The notes under the pieces are model-generated. The model saw only the letters and a list, made by a program, of their open reading frames with translations, was not told the origin of the DNA and did not search any database. A DNA stretch of 64,000 nucleotides, taken from NCBI GenBank assembly GCA_963767005.1, contig CAVYCN010000011.1:45108-109107 (forward strand), written 5' to 3'. The stretch is from an uncultured Actinomycetes bacterium. GTDB taxonomy: Bacteria > Actinomycetota > Thermoleophilia > UBA2241. Position 1 is the stretch's first letter. The number at the start of each line of letters is the position of its first letter. Shown piece by piece: positions 28,121 to 37,299 of the stretch. Made by a program: the position numbers and the translations under genes.

Positions 28121-29611
28121 ATGCGACGTCGTCGTCTTGTCCTGGCCGTGGCGAGCCTCACGCTCGCCGCGGCCGTCACACTGGGAGCCTGCGGCGCGAG
28201 CGCCAAGAGCTCGGGCTCCAGCCCCGTCTCGAGCGCCTCGCCCCGGGCCCACGCGTCGGGGGCTCCGGCGGCGGCCCCGTCACCCGGGAGTAAACCGCCC
28301 GGGTCCTCGGGCTCGGGCGGCGCGCCGCAGAAGCCGCCGAGCGGCGGCTCGGGCGGCGCGCCCGGCGGCTCCAGCGGCGCGCCCGGCGGCACAAGCACGA
28401 CCGCGCAGTACTCGCCGACCGGCGCCTCCACGGTCACCAGCGGCTCCGCCAGCCGGTCGGGCACGATCACGGCCACGGCCGACGACGAATCCGGCGTGCT
28501 CGTCAAGGGCGGCTCCCTCACCCTGACGAAGGCCGCGGTGACCACATCCGGCGCCAGCAAGTCAAGCGACGAGAGCAGCTTCTACGGCCTGAACGCCGGC
28601 GTGCTCGTCACCAGCGGCAAGCTCACCATGACCGGCGACTCGGTGACCACGAGCGGAGCGGGCGCGAACGGCGTCTTCGCCTACGGCAGCGGCAGCGCGA
28701 TCAGCCTGTCCGGCACGAAGATCAGCGCCACCGGCCAGTACGCCCACGGCATCATGGCGAGCGGCGGCGGCACGATCCGCGCCAGCGGCCTGACCGTGTC
28801 GACCGCCGGCGGCAGCTCGGCGCCGATCGCCACCGACCGCGGCGGCGGCACCATCAGCGTGACGGGCGGCACCTTCCGCAGCAGCGGCGGGAACTCGCCC
28901 GGCATCTACTCGACCGGCAAGATCACGGCCACCAAGGCGAGCTTCGTCTCAACCGGCTCCGAGGCCGTCGTGATCGAGGGCGCGAACTCCGCGACGCTCA
29001 AGGACTGCCGCCTCGCGACGACCATCGCCGGCAAGTGGGGCGTCATGATCTACCAGTCGATGTCGGGCGACGCCGCGGGTGTGAAGGGCCTCTACACCCA
29101 GACCGGCGGCTCACTGACCGTGAGCGGCAAGGGCAGCCCGCTCTTCTACGTCACCAACTCGACCGGCGTGATCGACCTCGCCCGTGTGAAGCTGAGCGAG
29201 GCGAGCGGCGTGCTCGTGAAGGCCGCGGCCGGGCAGTGGGGCACGAGCGGCGCGAACGGCGGCACCGTCGCGCTCATCGCGAGCGACCAGAAGCTGAGCG
29301 GCGCGCTCGTCGCCGACAAGTTGAGCGCGATCAGCGTGACGCTCGAGGACGGCTCGGTCCTGACCTCGACCGTGAACGGAGCAGGGACCGCCAAGTCGAT
29401 CAGCCTCACGCTCGGCTCCTCGAGTGTCTGGAAGGTGAGCGGCGACTCGCATCTGACGGCCCTGACCGGCGCCCGCATCAGCGGCTCAACGATCACCAAC
29501 ATCGTCGGCAACGGTCACACGGTCACCTACTCGAAGAGCGCGAGCGCGAACAGCTACCTGGGCGGTAAGACCTACAAGCTGGCCGGCGGCGGCACGCTGA
29601 AGCCGCGCTGA
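28121..29611 (+). CDS. Secreted lipoprotein with Ser/Gly/Pro linker and predicted beta-helix body
   Basis: Lipobox LGAC, GGAP repeats, repetitive TSG.GA.GV.A strands; RBS GGAGGGAG. Confidence 0.75.
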   Translation: MRRRRLVLAVASLTLAAAVTLGACGASAKSSGSSPVSSASPRAHASGAPAAAPSPGSKPPGSSGSGGAPQKPPSGGSGGAPGGSSGAPGGTSTTAQYSPTGASTVTSGSASRSGTITATADDESGVLVKGGSLTLTKAAVTTSGASKSSDESSFYGLNAGVLVTSGKLTMTGDSVTTSGAGANGVFAYGSGSAISLSGTKISATGQYAHGIMASGGGTIRASGLTVSTAGGSSAPIATDRGGGTISVTGGTFRSSGGNSPGIYSTGKITATKASFVSTGSEAVVIEGANSATLKDCRLATTIAGKWGVMIYQSMSGDAAGVKGLYTQTGGSLTVSGKGSPLFYVTNSTGVIDLARVKLSEASGVLVKAAAGQWGTSGANGGTVALIASDQKLSGALVADKLSAISVTLEDGSVLTSTVNGAGTAKSISLTLGSSSVWKVSGDSHLTALTGARISGSTITNIVGNGHTVTYSKSASANSYLGGKTYKLAGGGTLKPR

Positions 29612-29634
29612 GCGACCGACCTGAGCAACGGGTG

Positions 29635-29667
29635 GCCCGGGCCGGACGACGAGTGACCGGCCCGGGC
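29635..29667. terminator. Hairpin between convergent genes
   Basis: GCCCGGGCCGG-N11-CCGGCCCGGGC. Confidence 0.55.
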
Positions 29668-29692
29668 TGTGAGTGGCCCGGGCGCGTGCCTC

Positions 29693-31285
29693 TCAGGCCT
29701 CGTCCACCGGCGACCCCGCCGTCGCGCCCACGGGGGCGGCGACGCCCGGCCCGATGGCCGCATCGGCGTCAATGGCGAGCAGGTCGCTCTCCTGTACGGC
29801 CTGGCGCGCCAGGTTGCGCTTGCCGATCAGCCAGAACACGACGCCGGTGACGATGAAGAAGGCGAGGGTGCCCAGGGTGACGGCCTCGAAGAACACGCGC
29901 GAGACACCCCACGTCGACTCGATGTCGTAGCTCATACCAAGCATGTGGTCGAGCAGGCCGGGCCACAGCAGGGTGATCGCCGTGAGCACGATGACCGTCT
30001 CGGCGAGCACCACGCAGACCCACAGGCCGACGGTGCCGCCCGGCACGCGGTACGGGCGCGGCCGGTCCGGATACCTGCGGCGCAGCGGGATCACGGACGG
30101 CAGCATGAAGAAGTACATGAGCGCCGTCAGCGAGATGACCAGCGTCACCATCACGGTGAAGAAGTTCGCCAAGCTGCCGCTCGTGAGCTCGAACACCAGC
30201 ACGACGAAGACCGAGCCGATGATCGCCGAGACGACGTTCATGATCACCGGCGTGCCGGTGCGCTTCGAGAACCTGCCGAGCCACAGCGGGCCGGCGCCGT
30301 CGAGACCCGCTACCGCCTGCACGCGCACCGCGCCTTGCAGCCAGACGCCGCCGGCGCTGATCACGGTCAGGATGATGAGCACGCCGATCAGGTCGCTGAG
30401 CCCCTTGTTCACGCTGCCGTGCAGCACGCCGGCGGCCGCGAAGTACGCATCCGCGAAGCCGCTGACGTTGCCGATGCCCTTCAGCGGGATGACGAGCAGC
30501 ACGCCGAGGATCAGCGAGCCGGTGACCAGGCAGGCGACGATGCCGGAGCGTACGATCATGACCGGCACGTCGCGCTGGGCGTGCTTCATCTCCTCGGCGG
30601 CGCCGTTGGCGAGCTCGAAGCCGACAAACAGGAACTGCAGCAGCCCGATGAGGGCGAGGAAGCCGGTGACGGACGGCTTGACCGACGACAGCGTCGCAGT
30701 GCCGGCCGGCTTGCCGTGGCTCACCAGGAAGGCGACGACGAGCGCCAGGAAGATGACCAGCATCAGCAGGCGCACGATCGTGCCGAGTATGCCGGTCCAC
30801 TTGCCCCACTTGAGCTCGACAAGCGAGAGGCCGACGATCGACCACACGACAGCGACGCCAACGACGATCGAGGGCAGCGTGCCCATCGGGTTCTTCAGGT
30901 AGAAGGTGTTGATCGTCGTCACGACGGCGGCCGCCAGGGTGCCGCCCATCCACACAGGGTTGCTCATCCAGTAGAAGACCGAGGTGAGCGCGCCGGCCAG
31001 GCGGCCGAACGCCATGCGCGGCCACACGTAGGGCCCGCCCTCGACCGGAAACGTCGAGCCAAGCTCGGCGACGATCATGCCGTAGGGCAGCAGCCAGACC
31101 AGCAGCACGACGATCAGCCAGAAGAACGTCTGGCCGGCGCCGTAGGCGGCGGTCAGGGCGATCGTGTCGAGGCTGATGAACGCGGCGATCGTGAAGAAGA
31201 CGATGTCGAAGCGCGTCAGGACCTTGCGCATCTTGGTGCGCTCCCGGCCCATCGCTCCGGCCGGGTTCTGCTCGAGCGTGCTCAT
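29693..31285 (-). CDS. APC-family permease, candidate methylamine/amine transporter
   Basis: AELGSTFPVEGGPYVW, FVGFE..AEEM, about 12 TMs; begins 16 nt after the mttB stop. Confidence 0.85.
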   Translation of the reverse strand: MSTLEQNPAGAMGRERTKMRKVLTRFDIVFFTIAAFISLDTIALTAAYGAGQTFFWLIVVLLVWLLPYGMIVAELGSTFPVEGGPYVWPRMAFGRLAGALTSVFYWMSNPVWMGGTLAAAVVTTINTFYLKNPMGTLPSIVVGVAVVWSIVGLSLVELKWGKWTGILGTIVRLLMLVIFLALVVAFLVSHGKPAGTATLSSVKPSVTGFLALIGLLQFLFVGFELANGAAEEMKHAQRDVPVMIVRSGIVACLVTGSLILGVLLVIPLKGIGNVSGFADAYFAAAGVLHGSVNKGLSDLIGVLIILTVISAGGVWLQGAVRVQAVAGLDGAGPLWLGRFSKRTGTPVIMNVVSAIIGSVFVVLVFELTSGSLANFFTVMVTLVISLTALMYFFMLPSVIPLRRRYPDRPRPYRVPGGTVGLWVCVVLAETVIVLTAITLLWPGLLDHMLGMSYDIESTWGVSRVFFEAVTLGTLAFFIVTGVVFWLIGKRNLARQAVQESDLLAIDADAAIGPGVAAPVGATAGSPVDEA

Positions 31286-31301
31286 CTGCTCCCCCCTTGT
31301 C

Positions 31302-32771
31302 TCAGGCGACGCCGACCAGGCGGTCGGTGCGCTCGACGATCGCGTGGACGCGCGCGGCGATGTCCGCCGGCACGGGCTCGGGCCGGTACTCGCGCACGAC
31401 CTCGCGGGCCTTCTCGACGCACGAGGCGTAGAGCTCCCGCGCGCCGCGCTGCTCCCACTCCTCGCGCACGCGGCGGTCGAGCACTTCCGGCTGTGAGAGC
31501 TCGCGCATGTGGCGCAGGGTGGCGTCGAGCGACAGGAAGTCGCCGAAGCTGCCCACGCCGATGATGTCGTCGACCGCCAGGCTCTCGTCGTCGACGCGCA
31601 TGCCGCCGATCAGATGCTTGATCATGCGGGCGAACTCGTTGTCCATGACGAACTGCCCGCAATCGAAGGTGACGCCCGATTCGATCATCCCCGCACCGTA
31701 GATCAGGTTGGCCCCTGCCAACGCTGCCGTCAGTCCGGTGAGGGTCTTCTCGTGACCGACCTGCGCGTCACCGAGCTTGGCATCCGTCTACAACCCGGCA
31801 ACGAAGCTCGGCAACAGGTAGCGGCGCGCCATCTGCGCCACCGCCGCGCTGATCAGGGCGATCTCGGGCGAGCCGACCGAGGCGGCCGCGAGCTTCAGGT
31901 CCATGGCCGTGGTCGACGAGCCGTACATGACCGGGCAGCCGCGCTCGGTGAGCTGCGCCAGCGTGATGCCCGACAGCACCTCGGCGTTATGGGTGACGAG
32001 GGTGCCGGCCAGCGTGACCGGCGAGGAGCCGCCGGCCATCGCCATGCTCAGGATGTTGTCGGGGATCCACCAGCGCGAGGATTCGATGATGACCTCGGTC
32101 GCGTCGCGCGGGAGCTTCAGCGGACTCACCGGGCAGACGCCGCTGTAGAGGATCGGGCGCCGGCGGAGCTCGTCGGCGCCGCCGACGATCTCCGCCGCCA
32201 TCTCGAAGATGGCGACGGTCTCGGCGCGCGACAGCGGACCGACGCCGATCGGCTTGGTCGTGTTCAAGAGCTGGACCTCGGTGTTGTGCACCGCGGCCGT
32301 CTCGGGCGGCACGTCTTTGGCGCCGACCGCGATCTCGTGGGTGTCGAACTCGGAGAGGTAGTCGTTCAGGCGGGCGATGTCGGCGACGTCCTGCTTGGTC
32401 GAGTCGCGGTACTCGCCGGTCTCGACGTCGATCACGCGGATGCCCTCGCTGAAGTTCGTGAAGGCGACGCGGCCCGGCTCCATCACGAAGTCGTTCTCGG
32501 GGATGCGCCCGTAGAGCGTGTAGCGGCTGGGTGCCGACGCAATCGCGTCCTCCGCCACATGCGGCGGGATGCGCACCATGTGCGTCTCGCGGTCCGCGAC
32601 GCAGCCGCCGTCGGAGAAGATGTCGAGCGCCTCGTCGTCTTCGACGAACACGCCGGCGCGCTCAAGCACCTCGAGGCTCGCGAAGTGGATCTCCTCGACC
32701 TCAGACTCGGTGAAGACGCTGACGTGAAGACCGCCGCTGCGAGGCCGCCCGACGGACCGATTGCGCTTCAC
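31302..32771 (-). CDS. mttB: Trimethylamine:corrinoid methyltransferase with in-frame amber (pyrrolysine) codon, 489 aa
   Basis: ORFs 31788-32777 and 31302-31721 share a frame and are separated only by TAG 31790-31788. Readthrough gives LPSFVAGL-O-TDAKLGDAQVGHEKTL..AGANLIYGAGM, matching the Pyl site of methanogen MttB. GTG 32771 with RBS GAGGGGG. Confidence 0.93.
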
Positions 32772-32789
32772 ACGCACCCCCTCGCATCT

Positions 32790-32845
32790 GTTGCTTAGTC
32801 AGATAACTAAGTCTGGTACACTAGCAGGTGCGACCCCCCTGTCAA
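32790..32845 (-). promoter_or_regulatory. mttB promoter and palindromic operator
   Basis: -35 TTGACA (32845-32840), 16 nt, TGn-TAGTGT (32823-32818); operator CTTAGT-CAGATA-ACTAAG at 32794-32811. Confidence 0.85.
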
Positions 32846-32957
32846 GCAGTGGGCGGCGCTCGGGACGACGGCAGGGGCGGCCGCCGGCAGGCAGGCTGGA
32901 GCCGGCGGCCCCCAAGGGCAGTGGCAGGCGCAGAGGCGGCCAGATATCCTCACGCAC

Positions 32958-33590
32958 GTGGCGAGGTACGAGATCCCGATCGAAGACCCGACGCCGCACC
33001 TGGCGCCGACGGCGGCGCGCATCCTCGAAGCCGCTCGGCGCATCCTGGCGCGCGACGGCTTTCGCGCGCTCACCTTCGCCAACATCGCCGCCGAGGCACA
33101 AGAGAACAACGCGCTGATCCGCTACCACTTCGGCAGCAAGGCCGGCCTGCTCGCCACGCTCATCGACTCGGTGCTCTACCTCGAGAGCGTCGAGCTGATC
33201 GAGGAGCTCGCGAGCGTGCCGCCCGGCGACGAGCGTCGTCGAGCGCTCTTCGGCCTGCACGAGACCTACGTCAAAGACATCGACGGCTACCAGATGTTCT
33301 ACGAGCTCATCCCGCACATGCTGCGCGACCCAGAGCTGCGGCCCCGCCTCGCCAAGCTCTTCGACTGGTACCGCAAGCTCGACGCCTGGGCCCTGGGCGC
33401 GCAACCGGGCCCCGAGCACCCCACCGAGCTCGAGCCGCTCGCCCTGCTCACGGTGGCGATCGCCGACGGCGTTGCCCTACAGGTGCAGGCCGACCCCGAG
33501 CTCGACGTGCGGCCCGCCTTTCGCATCTGGCACCAGCTCATCCTGAGCTACCTCGACGACCACCGCCCCGGCGAGGGGCCGCAGAGCTAG
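32958..33590 (+). CDS. TetR/AcrR-family transcriptional regulator
   Basis: RILEAARRIL..GF..LT..IA..YHFGSK HTH; divergent from mttB. Confidence 0.92.
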   Translation: MARYEIPIEDPTPHLAPTAARILEAARRILARDGFRALTFANIAAEAQENNALIRYHFGSKAGLLATLIDSVLYLESVELIEELASVPPGDERRRALFGLHETYVKDIDGYQMFYELIPHMLRDPELRPRLAKLFDWYRKLDAWALGAQPGPEHPTELEPLALLTVAIADGVALQVQADPELDVRPAFRIWHQLILSYLDDHRPGEGPQS

Positions 33591-33647
33591 CCGCGTCGCG
33601 GCGGCTGCGGCTCAGAGCAGCGTCGTGCCGGTTGCCGCGGCGATGAG

Positions 33648-35117
33648 CTAGCCGCGCAACTCCGCGTCGGCCGCGGCGACGATGCGGCGCAGCTCGGCCG
33701 CCTTGTCGGGGGCGAGTGGTGCCGGCTCATAGTGGTCGAGGATGTCGCGGCCGCGCTCGCGCGCCACCTCGACGGGGTCGCGGTAGTGGGCGCCGTCAGG
33801 GCCGATCTCCTGGCCGATCGAGCGCTCGACCGTCTCCTTCATGTGCCGGCGCGTGTGCGGCTGCCCCAGGAAGTGCCCGCCCGGTCCGACCGCGTCGATC
33901 ACCTCGAGCGCGAGGGTCTCCTCGTCGAGCTCGACGTCCCTGAAGACGCTGGCGGCGCGGTGGTAGAGGTCGTCGTCGAGCAGCATGTGCTCGGGCGTGA
34001 AGAGCTGGTAGCGGTTGGTGAGCCCGATCGTCGTCATGAGCTCGGAGCCGACGACGCCGGCGGTCATCAGCGTGTGGGCGGTCTCGGCGGCGGCCAGCCA
34101 GGTGCCGGGCAGGTCGTCGTCGGTGCCGGCGTAGCCGGTCATCGCCGGCAGGCCGAAGTGGTGGACGAGCTCGCCCGGCAGAAAGAGGCCGCGGTGGTTG
34201 AGGGGCGCCGTGATCAGGGCCGCCGTGCGCGGGTCGGCGTGCACCGGCAGCGGGAAGAGGATCACCGGGCAGCCGGGATGGGCGAGCTGCAGCAGCACCG
34301 TGGCGCTGATCAGCTCGGCGAAGCCCATGACGTAGGCCCCGGCCTTGGTGGCCGGCGCGGTGGTGCCGAAGGTCGGCATCGTCACGAAGCAGACTGGCAC
34401 GCCCGCTGCGGCGAACACCAGGGCCGCCTCGACACCGTCTCTGTCGTTGACGAGGGGCTGCACGGTGCCGATCAGCGCGCTGAGCGGGGAGCGGCGGCGG
34501 AGCTCGCCGGCAGAGCCGGCGACGACCGCCGCCATCTCGACCGCATACCGAGCTGCCCGCTCGCCCTGCACCATGCCCTGCAGGTGCTTGGCGGTGTTGT
34601 TCCAGCCCGCCTCGAGCTCGTGGAGCGTATGCGTGTCGCCGCACTCCGAGGCCGCCACGTTGGGCCACCAGAACTGCACCGAGCCCAGGTAGTCGATCAG
34701 GCGGGTGATGGCTTCGAGGTCAGCCTTGGTCGACTGGCGACGCTCGCCGGTGTGCCAGTCGACCACCTCGGTGCCGCAGCCGTTCGTCGTGTTGAAGGTG
34801 GCGCCGCTCGCAAGGTCGAGGTCGCGGTCGCGGTCGCGAGAGCCGAGCCAGAACCGGCGCGGCGCGCGGCCGAGCGCTGCCATGACCAGGCCGGGGGCGA
34901 AGCGCACGACCTGCGTGGCGCGCTCCACCCGCGCGCCGTGCTCCTCGAGGATGTCGAGCGCCTTGGGCGAAGCGAACCGCACGCCGGTGTGCTCGAGCAC
35001 GTGCAGCACCGCATCGCGGTAGCGATCGAGGCGCTCGGGCGCGTAGAAGGTGACGGCAAAGTCGGAGCGCAGCGGCAGCAGCGGCTGCGGCACGCTCAGG
35101 TCGAGCTGCGAGCTCAT
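33648..35117 (-). CDS. MttB-superfamily methyltransferase without pyrrolysine, 489 aa
   Basis: VLEHTGV, AP..F.L.SR, NTAKH, GTTAPAT, GPGGHFL..HT. Gly at the Pyl-equivalent position (YAGTDD). ATG 35117 overlaps the mtbB stop (ATGA). Confidence 0.9.
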   Translation of the reverse strand: MSSQLDLSVPQPLLPLRSDFAVTFYAPERLDRYRDAVLHVLEHTGVRFASPKALDILEEHGARVERATQVVRFAPGLVMAALGRAPRRFWLGSRDRDRDLDLASGATFNTTNGCGTEVVDWHTGERRQSTKADLEAITRLIDYLGSVQFWWPNVAASECGDTHTLHELEAGWNNTAKHLQGMVQGERAARYAVEMAAVVAGSAGELRRRSPLSALIGTVQPLVNDRDGVEAALVFAAAGVPVCFVTMPTFGTTAPATKAGAYVMGFAELISATVLLQLAHPGCPVILFPLPVHADPRTAALITAPLNHRGLFLPGELVHHFGLPAMTGYAGTDDDLPGTWLAAAETAHTLMTAGVVGSELMTTIGLTNRYQLFTPEHMLLDDDLYHRAASVFRDVELDEETLALEVIDAVGPGGHFLGQPHTRRHMKETVERSIGQEIGPDGAHYRDPVEVARERGRDILDHYEPAPLAPDKAAELRRIVAAADAELRG

Positions 35118-36511
35118 GTCCTTTCCCTCGCTCTCACGTGACGCCGGAAACATTCGACCGAGTTGACCGGGATGTCCAGCGTCTCGGCGACGTGGAACTT
35201 GGCCTCGATCGCGCCGGGCTCGTCGGGGTACGTCAGGTCCTGTACCTGCAGGCGGCCGAGGCCGAGGTCGCGGCGCAGGTCGTGCATGGCGACCGGGTCG
35301 CTCAAGTCGTCCAGCGAGCAACCGAGCTTGTCGGCGACGTAGCGCTTGGCCTGCGGGAGGCGCAGGCCCCGGGTGATCTGCATGCGGGCCACCAGATCTC
35401 CGGCGGTCCGCATCCCGCCCATCCCCGAGGCGAGCGCGTGGGTGGAGGCCATCCCCAAGGGATCCCCCACGCCGACCTACAAGCCGTCGAGCTTGAGGAT
35501 GTCCACGAGCGCGCGCGAGGCGCGTGAGGTGGCGTCGACCGGCGGGTAGGGCGTCATCGGCACACCGCCGACGCCCATGCCGGCGTTCATGTGGACTGGG
35601 ATGGTCGACTCGGCGGTCACCGGCTTGACGAGGGCACAGGCGCGCGCCGTGTTCCAGGCGAGCGACTTCGTCGTATTGACGTTGACCGCGGGACCGAAGA
35701 TGGTGGCGCCCGCCGCGGTCACCACCCGGAGCTGGTCGAGCGGCCACATGCCGGCCAGACGGCGGCCCTCGTAGGCGAGCTCGCCGTGCATGCCGAGCAC
35801 GAGCTCGGCCGCCTGCCCGACCTCGACGCCGATGTCGGGCCAGCGACTTCGCACCTCACGCACGACGTGCAGCGTGGCCAGCAGGTCGGCGTCGCCGGCG
35901 GCGCCGGCGGTGTCGAAGTCGAGGCCGTCGGCGCCGGCCGCGATCATGGTCTCGGCGACGACCAGCATGTCGCGCTCGAGCAGCGGCATGGCCTCTTCCT
36001 GGGCCGCGCGCGCCTCGTCGATCCTGCCGAGCGGCAGGAGCTGCGACCAGTTGCCGACCGGACCGTCGGGCTGCGAGTAGCGGCCCAGGTCAGGCATCGC
36101 ACCGTAGTTGAGCGGCACGACGGTCTGAAGCTGGGCCTCCTTCATCATCTGGGCCTGGAACGACAGGACGGTGCGCACCGCCTTGTAGGAGTAGTCGTGG
36201 TGCCAGAGCTCGACCGAATCGGCGCCGTGGTGGTTCTGGTAGACGACCTGCTCCATCACGGGAAAGCCGATGTCGCCGTTGCCGGCGCCGTCAAAGCTGA
36301 GCACGACCTCGTCGCCGCAGTCGACCGAGCTGAACTTCGCCGGCGAGGTGAAGATGTCGAGCAGGTGGGCGATCTCGTCGGCGGCGAGCGGCGGCACCTT
36401 CGCGCGGCGCACCGCGGCCTCGACACCCGCGTTCAAGTCGGCTTCGATCTCGGCCGCGGTCAGCGCCACGCGAGAGCCGTCCCCGAGCCGCGTAGCAAAG
36501 CGCTGTGCCAT
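35114..36511 (-). CDS. mtbB: Dimethylamine:corrinoid methyltransferase with in-frame amber (pyrrolysine) codon, 465 aa
   Basis: N-terminal TRLGDG, DYSYKAV, YGAMPDLGRY, FDTAGAAGD, GMGVGGVPM. LDGL-TAG(35479-35477)-VGVGDPLGM..SGMGGMRTAGDLVARMQ continues in frame. RBS GGAGG before ATG 36511. Confidence 0.93.
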
Positions 36512-36525
36512 GACCGCCTCCGGGA

Positions 36526-36585
36526 GTTGCTTAGTCAGATAACTAAGACCTGGGGAACTTAGCCGGACGGCGGGCGGGTTGTCAA
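36526..36585 (-). promoter_or_regulatory. mtbB promoter and second copy of the operator
   Basis: -35 TTGACA (36585-36580), 18 nt, TAAGTT (36561-36556); operator CTTAGTCAGATAACTAAG at 36530-36547. Confidence 0.85.
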
Positions 36586-36639
36586 GGGTGACGGCGCCGG
36601 GGTCGGTGACTGTCGCCGGCCAGACCCCGTCGCCCTTGT

Positions 36640-37299
36640 CTACGCCAGCACGACGATGCCCTTGGTCGTGTAGATCGTGCCGATCGCGCCGAACAGGATC
36701 AGCAGGATGGGGCGTTGATGGACGGTCAGCCAGGCCTTGGCCCGGAGCATGGCGAGCGCCACGCGGCGGCGCGCCGCGATCGAGGCCAGCACGATCGCCA
36801 CGGGGATCGAGCAGGCCACGGCGACGAAGACGGCGAGGGCGACGAAGGCATCGGCGCGCGACAGGTCGCCGCCCAGGATGTCCATCATGGCCGGCGCCTG
36901 CATCTCGTAATTGACGAGGAGCAGACCGACGCCCGCGGCGCCGCCGGGCCCCATGGCGGTGATGATGCGCATCCAGCGCGGCTCGTGCTCGCCGGCGTCG
37001 GGCGCGGGCTTGCGCAGCCAGAGCACGAGAAAGGCGGCAAGAAAGCCGAGGCCGACGAGCAGCCAGGCCACGCGGATCAGGTAGGCGACGTCGCCGCCAG
37101 AGGTGAAGGCGGCATCGTGGAACAGCAGGAGCACGACCGTCCCGAGCACGGCCATGATGAGAGCCAGGACGACGACGTAGGTGAGACCGTTCAGGACCGG
37201 CCGCCGCGTGGCCGTCATGAGCAGCGCGGCGATGATCGGCACCGGGTTGACGGTGATGGCGACCGCCACGGGCAGGATCTGCAGCAGCACCGCGTTCAT
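36640..37299 (-). CDS. GAP/Sap-family membrane protein
   Basis: ILPVAVAITVNPVPIIA, EPRWM, KAWL..H; 6 TMs. Confidence 0.7.
   Translation of the reverse strand: MNAVLLQILPVAVAITVNPVPIIAALLMTATRRPVLNGLTYVVVLALIMAVLGTVVLLLFHDAAFTSGGDVAYLIRVAWLLVGLGFLAAFLVLWLRKPAPDAGEHEPRWMRIITAMGPGGAAGVGLLLVNYEMQAPAMMDILGGDLSRADAFVALAVFVAVACSIPVAIVLASIAARRRVALAMLRAKAWLTVHQRPILLILFGAIGTIYTTKGIVVLA

Noticed and set aside
31302-36511. mttB and mtbB as nonsense-mutated pseudogenes or four separate ORFs
   Set aside because: Both stops are TAG at the family Pyl position, both halves are intact, and promoters and operators are preserved.
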